From Patescibacteria group bacterium (lineage in GTDB: Bacteria; Patescibacteriota; Minisyncoccia; Phycocordibacterales; UBA1550): a stretch of DNA of 64,000 bases. How positions within the stretch are numbered: the stretch's first letter is position 1; every line of letters begins with the position of its first letter. The notes beneath the pieces were generated by a model. That model had not been told where the DNA came from. It saw nothing but the letters and a program-made list of their open reading frames with translations, and made no database searches. The DNA is taken from positions 186,059 to 250,058 of the forward strand of contig JBBTWP010000001.1 in the NCBI GenBank assembly GCA_038062675.1, given 5' to 3'. The position numbers were made by a program, and so were the translations under genes. Shown one piece after another: positions 58,801 to 64,000 of this stretch.

Positions 58801-58864
58801 AGAGCGGCGGTCGGTGGTGGCGCAGGTTATTGCGCGGTCGCTTTCAAGAGTGAAGAAGGGGTGA
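55802..58864 (+). CDS. large VirD4/TraD-like ATPase with C-terminal PD-(D/E)xK-like domain
   Basis: GASGTGKS, FDPHGDL, YLDEFQ and AHQ; Pro-rich linker; EH...E...VD...ACEI tail. Confidence 0.85.
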   Translation: MTRPLAERITESFYAWELRGRGWSLSDYPVSLEPPYRPIFLLPSQGNDGVCDDGKRPTFLSSLALVTKNIWKSGNHPFPALPAPPFEEMLPFPAPPSSERATLTIRVPADFAAQVEVAQKLLLTLSTALQPLCFEIVGRYKSVVFQITCAASDTTHVIETIRGYVPDAVVTEESDILVDAWDIREEGAVIDFGLSHEFFLPLQAVNSFTIDPYIPLVGALGQMGADELGCVQILFARVRNPWAESARDAVNDGKGGCIFADAPEFVKLTREKTETPLFAVVIRIAAQGMAPERAWSIARSLGSFFLQFARSGSNELIPLDNDAYPDELHTQALLARESYRTGMILSLPELSGLVHFPDASVLHEALHRERKSTKALPEVALGHHLILGENIHRGICTPATLGTSDRLQHVHVIGASGTGKSTLLLNLIEQDIAKGEGVAVFDPHGDLIEEILARVPEERTHDVVVFDPGDEAWPMGFNVLSATSEIEKNLIASDMVGIFKRLATSWGDTMSAVLGNAVLAMLEGKQGGTLLDLRRFLLDDMFRKRFLAEIADEEIRFFWHKEYPLIGSRSIGPILTRLNAFLRAKLIRNIVGQKGGTLDISKIMNVRKVLLVKLSHGIIGEENAHLLGSLLVSKFHQSALLRQQVAKDSRSPYFLYLDEFQHFVTPSMSSLLTDSRKYALGLTLAHQTLAQLDDSPVKSAVLGNAHTRIVFRVDYADVATLARGFASFDAEDVQNLSRGEAVVRMGRAENDFNLHTFPATHIEQDVARARSASVIAHSREMFATPRAVLEEGFRTAQEPQEAAVVGAVTVAEEKREATQKEKALATRKREITPPVLPPSPPTLRAHPIPPPEPSPLGRGGQEHKYLQHLVKRLGEERGFRAIIEEQVPNGQVDVVLRKESLVIACEISITTNVDHEVENIQKCLASGFTKILFITPDAKRREKVGKKLKEVPNGTLVDLLGPEDILPTLDRLDTMTPTQTTVRGYKVKVTRQTLSPADVAERRSVVAQVIARSLSRVKKG

Positions 58865-59228
58865 AAGTAGGCTATTGGGCTGGCGTATTCGTGGTTGCTG
58901 TGCAATTCTACAAACTATTCCATTAAAGGCGTCTTGTATTGACAAATTATTACAATATGTTACTATGGTAGTTAGAAGTTCTCCTCTCAGGTACGAACCC
59001 AGAAATTATCCCACACTGACGCGCCGATGTTTGCGCGCAAATACATCGAGCAATTCCACAACCCGCGATGTCGGCGAAGACTTGAAGTCGGTCAACAGCA
59101 GAAATTACTCTTAACTCAACCGTCCGTGAAAAAGCGGTAGAACCCCTCCCCGTACGTCGCCCGTTAGTTTGTAGGCTGAGGTGCATATTTGCTTGTGCAT
59201 CTCCACTGCAAATCAACTGGAGAAATTT

Positions 59229-59462
59229 ATGGCGGAAAATTCTAGACTTTTTTACTGGATAGACAAAAATATGTTGCCAATTGGTACCGTGGCTATTGTA
59301 TTGATCACGTCAGTGCTAATCGCCATGTTTTTTGGAGAGAGACCGCATGACGTAGTCTATAAAGGACAATTTTGGGTATATTTCGGCATGGATGTGATTT
59401 GCATCGCGTTACTGGTAGCGGAGGTTATCAGTAGCTACTACTATAAGAAACCACGAAAATAA
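59229..59462 (+). CDS. small 2-TM membrane protein
   Basis: GGAG SD, two hydrophobic helices and hairpin/T-tract at 59476-59502. Confidence 0.65.
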   Translation: MAENSRLFYWIDKNMLPIGTVAIVLITSVLIAMFFGERPHDVVYKGQFWVYFGMDVICIALLVAEVISSYYYKKPRK

Positions 59463-59514
59463 TAAGTACAGAATTACACCGTCTCAAGAAGGCGGTGTTT
59501 TTAATTCACCAAGG

Positions 59515-60759
59515 ATGAAGATGACTGTTGGGGCAGAAGAACCAAGCGCAACGATATCTCGTTTGCCGTCAGGTGGTATAGCCACAACGTGGCTATTTGT
59601 TGTCAGTAGCACATTACTTTCAGCGTACGTGTGTATTCCCACAATTAACGCACTTTTCAATCGATTACTTAAACTTGCCTTACTCAATCAAGTAGAGATT
59701 TCAGGGTCTCCCTTTGTGCTTGTCTATATCATTGTTTTAATATCAGCATATTGTGGAATAGCTTCGCGCGATGGCGACAACAAGGATGCCATCGTTAAAT
59801 CAAGATGGGTCGTTGCCAGTCTAGTAGTAGCATTTGCTGCCGCTTATGCGCTCACAGCTTACCAATCAGTTTTGGTATTTTCGATAGGCATGTTGTTTCT
59901 TCCTACTGTTGGAGTTTCTTGTATTCCGAAACATGCACGTAGTCCATGGACACAATTTATTGCTGTTGGAACAGTATTTTCTACCTTCATAACGCTTGGT
60001 TATTCCATTTTTAGATTTTCTGAATCTGTACTCTCACCTAAATTTCTGGACTTTATTTTTGTAATCCGCCTAACCTTTTTTATTGTGGCAAGTTTCTGGC
60101 TTTTTGTACGTATCACTACAAAAACAATACATGAGTATCGAGAATCTGGGCTGCGCCGAGAATCAGACAACTTAGAGTCATCTAGTCCTATTTTTCGCAT
60201 TTTTAATGGTTTGGTGGATCTAGCTATCCACTTTGCGCACTCGATCCCTGGCTGGTGGGAAATATTCTGGCGCGTACTCAAGTCTGAAGTTGGCGATTTT
60301 TTTAACGCAAAAATATGGGGACGATTGTGGAAATTTTTGATTTCATTGGTCGTGATTTTGTTTGTTGCTTCACTACTTCCCTTTGCTCTAGATAGCCTAG
60401 TTCAGCACCTTCAGACTGATTACTTCGTTGGCGAATTCTCTTTGTTTCCCCTATTCACCCTAACTGTCTATGTCCTTGCGGGGGTGTTTGTCGCTGTTGG
60501 GTGTCGCTGGCTATTAGATGTTAAATTTGAAATTCGGAAAGACTTTGCACACCGAATTGGTGATCCCATATTAGCACTTGCGCTTGTCGCGTTTGCAATC
60601 GGTTGTGTTGGTAAGTTGGCTCATTTTCTCGGTTTGGAGATGATGGGGTTCGCAGGTTGGCCCGTTGCAACACTCATTCTTTTAAGCATCTTCATAATAA
60701 TGGTCGTTAAGCGCTTTATATCTACCTCAGGACGCTATCGTAAAATCTCATCTCAATAG
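59515..60759 (+). CDS. polytopic membrane protein (about 10 TM), unknown function
   Basis: 414-aa hydrophobic ORF in AT-richer cargo DNA. Confidence 0.7.
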   Translation: MKMTVGAEEPSATISRLPSGGIATTWLFVVSSTLLSAYVCIPTINALFNRLLKLALLNQVEISGSPFVLVYIIVLISAYCGIASRDGDNKDAIVKSRWVVASLVVAFAAAYALTAYQSVLVFSIGMLFLPTVGVSCIPKHARSPWTQFIAVGTVFSTFITLGYSIFRFSESVLSPKFLDFIFVIRLTFFIVASFWLFVRITTKTIHEYRESGLRRESDNLESSSPIFRIFNGLVDLAIHFAHSIPGWWEIFWRVLKSEVGDFFNAKIWGRLWKFLISLVVILFVASLLPFALDSLVQHLQTDYFVGEFSLFPLFTLTVYVLAGVFVAVGCRWLLDVKFEIRKDFAHRIGDPILALALVAFAIGCVGKLAHFLGLEMMGFAGWPVATLILLSIFIIMVVKRFISTSGRYRKISSQ

Positions 60760-60783
60760 AATGTATTCGTGGACGGATCGAAA

Positions 60784-62763
60784 CTAGAAAATATCTACTC
60801 CCAAAAACCCATTCATCAATTCCCGCCACCGCCCCCTCGGTACCGTCTCACCACTCTCCCAAACCCGCCACGTCCCCTCGTCGACACCAAGGTGCCGTGC
60901 TGCTTCCTTGAGGGACCAGCCCATCGCGCGCCGTTTGGCGAGCAGGCGTTCAGGAAGGCTCTCCGGCTTCGGAAAGGGGTCGTAGCCTAAGAAGCGGAAG
61001 ATGGCGGGCATGGACGCAATCGGTGGTTCAGTTTTCGTCTTCTCCCAATTTAGTACCGTGGCAGAACTGACCCCGAGGAGCTTCCCGGCTTCTCGTTGGT
61101 TGAGCTTCATTTCCTTACGTCGCTTGTGAATATGCTCGCCCAAAGTTTGGGGCATAATTTCGGTTTCCTTTGGTTTCAATGCTTTAAGGCACACGCGGAC
61201 GTATGGCAAGAAGGCAACGCGTCTATGAGGTTTCGTTGCCATTCCGCCACCGTCTAAGAGGGTAGGGGGAGTGTCCGGCGTTTCAGGGGTGAAGGGGGTC
61301 TCGGTGGAAGTCACAGAAGCAGGTGGTGCATAGAAGAGGTGGATTTCTACTTCGCCGACGTGAACAATGATCCGCTCAGTAATGGCCTCCACGATTTGGC
61401 GCTTTTCTTCGTTAGGAAGCGTTGGCCAACGGGTATAGAGATCACGGGCGCTGGTGACGATTTCCTCCTGCGAGAGGTGGGAGATTTTGAGGACATCCAG
61501 TTCCGCTTGTACCTGAGGAAGTTCCTCTTCGAGTTGCCGTTGCCGCAAGGCCATTGGGTGGTATTTTGCTCCGAAGCCTGCCTTGTCAATTGCGCTTGAT
61601 TGGTAGAGGTCATAGAGCTTGTCTACTTCGGCAGCAAGCTTCTTTTGTTCCTTGTGGAGCACCGTGAGGAGTTCTTCTTTTTCATGAATGGCGGCGTGTG
61701 CCTTGCTCAAGTGCGCGGCGATTTCATGGGGTGAAAAGAAGAAGTTTTTGATCTGTTCGTGGAATACCCCCTCCAAGTCAACAACCGGGATTTTGTTGCG
61801 GCAGGCGTAACAGACGTATTTCGGAGTGTTGGACGGCACATACATTTTTTGGCCACAGCCGCAGTGGGTAAGCCCAGCAAAGAGGTGGACGGTTTGCCTC
61901 GCTAGGCGCTTCCCTTTCGCCCTTTGACCGTCCAAGATGGCATTGCATTCGTTCCAGAGTTCTTCGGGGACGATGGCTTCTACTTCAAGGAGCACCCATT
62001 CACTTTCAGGCTTCCGTTCCCATGTCTTTTTGTTGTTCTTTGTTTGGGTGTAGTTTGCGCGACGGATGCCCTTGGCGGTTGGGTCGCGCAAAAGGCGGTC
62101 TACCGTCGTGTCGGAAAACAGTGAGCCGTTCCGGGTGCGGTAGCCACGTTCATTGAGGAGCCGTGCCACGGTTTTCTTGCGGCGGTATTCCCGAAAGAGT
62201 TCGTACATGAGCTTTCGTACCGGTGCTTCCTTGAGGTCAGGAATAAGCTTTCGATCTTTCCACTGATAGCCGAAAGGTGCTTGGCCACCGAGCGGCTTCC
62301 CCATCTTGGCGCGGATAGGGACCGATGCGGCAACCCGCTGCGCGATTTCCTCACGTTCCCACTGCGCCATGGCGGCAATCATCGTATAGAAGAGGCGGCC
62401 TGCTGGGGTTGAGGTGTCGATGGATTCCCCGAGCGATATGAGGTCAGCATTGTACGTGCGGAACTCTTCCGCGAATTCGAGGAGTTCTCGGGTGTTACGG
62501 GCAAGGCGAGCGAGCTTCGAAAAGATGATGCCGGTGATGTGGCCCTTCTTGATGTCACCCAGCATGCGCTTGGCTTCGGCGGTTTCTTTGACAGTCTTTC
62601 CCGAAATGGCGTCAAGACGGTACACCTCGATCACGTCCCAGCCTTTCGCTTCGGCGTAGTGGCGAGCGCGGCGTTCGTGGTGCTCGGGTGATTCCCCTCT
62701 TACTTGATCTTCGGTCGAGACACGAATCCAAATGCCGACCCGTTTGGAGCTTTCAGCGTGCAT
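60784..62763 (-). CDS. large serine recombinase fused to two XRE-type HTH domains
   Basis: IRVSTEDQ, ARLARN, recombinase domain, CGCG..YVC Zn ribbon, coiled coil, two HTH_3-like repeats; AAGGAGG SD. Confidence 0.92.
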   Translation of the reverse strand: MHAESSKRVGIWIRVSTEDQVRGESPEHHERRARHYAEAKGWDVIEVYRLDAISGKTVKETAEAKRMLGDIKKGHITGIIFSKLARLARNTRELLEFAEEFRTYNADLISLGESIDTSTPAGRLFYTMIAAMAQWEREEIAQRVAASVPIRAKMGKPLGGQAPFGYQWKDRKLIPDLKEAPVRKLMYELFREYRRKKTVARLLNERGYRTRNGSLFSDTTVDRLLRDPTAKGIRRANYTQTKNNKKTWERKPESEWVLLEVEAIVPEELWNECNAILDGQRAKGKRLARQTVHLFAGLTHCGCGQKMYVPSNTPKYVCYACRNKIPVVDLEGVFHEQIKNFFFSPHEIAAHLSKAHAAIHEKEELLTVLHKEQKKLAAEVDKLYDLYQSSAIDKAGFGAKYHPMALRQRQLEEELPQVQAELDVLKISHLSQEEIVTSARDLYTRWPTLPNEEKRQIVEAITERIIVHVGEVEIHLFYAPPASVTSTETPFTPETPDTPPTLLDGGGMATKPHRRVAFLPYVRVCLKALKPKETEIMPQTLGEHIHKRRKEMKLNQREAGKLLGVSSATVLNWEKTKTEPPIASMPAIFRFLGYDPFPKPESLPERLLAKRRAMGWSLKEAARHLGVDEGTWRVWESGETVPRGRWRELMNGFLGVDIF

Positions 62764-62835
62764 ACGTCCTCCCTTTGGTAGGGTGAGCAGGCGCACATTT
62801 TACGACAGAGGGTGAGAATTGTGGTGATGGTTTAG

Positions 62836-63129
62836 TTAACTGGCGCGCCGACGATCAATGCCTTCAGGAAATCTTACCTCACCAGTCACACGCGCAAGTT
62901 CGCGCCTGAGTCTTTGCACTTCGGTTTTGAGCAGCAAAACTTCGTGCCCTTGTGATTCAAGGCGCATACGATCGAATATATTCATACCTGTCGTTACCGC
63001 ACTGTTCCACAGGGGAAGAAGTGCGGTAAGCGGTATCAGCGGATAATCTGTTTGGAGGGACGCTTGCCACTGTGCGCCTATCATTTCAACTTCATTCCAC
63101 AGTTCCGCACGTTTCGTTTGTTCGGTCAT
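62836..63129 (-). CDS. hypothetical protein upstream of the recombinase
   Basis: co-oriented ORF with a C-terminal coiled segment. Confidence 0.5.
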   Translation of the reverse strand: MTEQTKRAELWNEVEMIGAQWQASLQTDYPLIPLTALLPLWNSAVTTGMNIFDRMRLESQGHEVLLLKTEVQRLRRELARVTGEVRFPEGIDRRRAS

Positions 63130-63203
63130 ACGACACCCCAAGATTTTTGATCGACCAAATTCTACAACTGCGAGAGGAAAAATATAGCGGAATTTTCACA
63201 TCT

Positions 63204-63581
63204 TCACCTTGCAGGCAAACGACCCCCACTCGCAATGCACTCATCCAGCGTGGTGTAGGGGCTGAAGTTGGTGGTACGTGAATAATAGGTTGTTTCAGGG
63301 GCGTGACAAATACCGCTCTTACTTTTCTTCACCACGTCGATGTCCACGGGAATGCCTTCTTTGTTCGGAGGTTGCGCCGCCCTAGCTTTCGCGCTTGCAC
63401 TTGGTGACGTCGGCTCATTCGACTGTCTTTGTGGCGACGGCGCGGACGTCTTTGCATTGTGGCAGTGATACCCGCCGTTTTTGCGATCATTATGACATCC
63501 TTCCGCATTCGTTCGACCTCCATGCGCAAATGAGATGGATGGTATCGCGAGGGCTATGATGATAAAAAGTGCGGTGCGCAT
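63204..63581 (-). CDS. secreted YHYH-domain protein with C-terminal Cys motif
   Basis: signal peptide, HGGRTNAEGCHN....YHCH and KKSKSGICH...Y...C. Confidence 0.85.
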   Translation of the reverse strand: MRTALFIIIALAIPSISFAHGGRTNAEGCHNDRKNGGYHCHNAKTSAPSPQRQSNEPTSPSASAKARAAQPPNKEGIPVDIDVVKKSKSGICHAPETTYYSRTTNFSPYTTLDECIASGGRLPAR

Positions 63582-63648
63582 TGTCCGTCCCTCTTTAGAG
63601 ATTTTTATGTCAACACAATACTCGCTCATATTCCGCTCGCAAAACAGT

Positions 63649-64000
63649 ATGTGGCACGCCTTGATACTCCTAATCGCGACAGGTGCGACAAATCTGGTAA
63701 ACGCGGCAGACATCCGTGAGCTGATTCCGGGGAAAATACTGGAAGTTCATTATGAGGGGTTCACGGTGTGGCTTGATTGCATGAAACGGGGTGCATTTCG
63801 TTTCGAATATACCGCTACGAAAGACACGGGGACATTACCACGTGTTGCAAAGTTTCTTCTCGATTCCGATGTACCCGGAGAATGTCAGCAAGAGAGTGCG
63901 GCTACATACCGTGCTCCGGGGGTAAGTTACGACCGGGGACATCTTGTCCCAGCGAACCATCTCGACGGGTCTGCTATCGGGATACGGCAGAGCAATTTCA
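63649..64000 (+). CDS. secreted DNA/RNA non-specific endonuclease (partial, runs off the window)
   Basis: open frame MWHALILLIA...YDRGHLVPANH...QSNF with the DRGH motif; alternative start at 63607. Confidence 0.85.
   Translation, partial: MWHALILLIATGATNLVNAADIRELIPGKILEVHYEGFTVWLDCMKRGAFRFEYTATKDTGTLPRVAKFLLDSDVPGECQQESAATYRAPGVSYDRGHLVPANHLDGSAIGIRQSNF

Larger units (their letters stand above)
47303..64000. mobile_element. integrative element / genomic island (right end beyond the window)
   Basis: serine recombinase, two coupling-protein-like ATPases, ArdC, RadC, cargo operons and compositional shifts. Confidence 0.8.

Noticed and set aside
1-64000. Alternative genetic code (UGA=Gly, as in Gracilibacteria/SR1)
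   Set aside because: Conserved genes are full length under the standard bacterial code, and several plausible genes end at TGA.

Overview
Bacterial chromosomal window read in the standard bacterial genetic code. It most likely comes from a Patescibacteria/CPR (Parcubacteria-like) genome, inferred from compact housekeeping genes, a short DnaX, a GT4-GH57-GH15-zwf-gnd glucan cluster, many ORFans and apparently leaderless starts. Positions 1-47.2 kb are mostly backbone: alpha-glucan/oxidative pentose phosphate cluster, pseudouridine synthase, DedA-PAP2-LssY, pyrH, dinB, dnaX, dus, serS, dprA, topA, relA/spoT and parB. Self-contained Shine-Dalgarno (SD)-led ORFan units are interspersed among these genes. 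A defence islet (EcoRI-type methylase, GIY-YIG, DUF262-HNH) lies next to a tRNA-Gln(TTG) gene. That tRNA is flanked by tandem copies of its own 3' half on one side and degenerate copies of its 5' end, joined by covarying hairpins, on the other. From about 47.3 kb to the window end is an integrative element carrying a large serine recombinase fused to two XRE HTH domains, two VirD4/TraD-like ATPases, ArdC, RadC, a YHYH protein and a nuclease. Its two unexplained cargo operons are the best candidates for new systems: a YejK/NdpA nucleoid-associated protein coupled to a small alarmone synthetase, and a prenyltransferase-fold membrane protein coupled to a NUDIX protein and bracketed by direct repeats. 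All calls come from motifs read by eye; no database searches were run.
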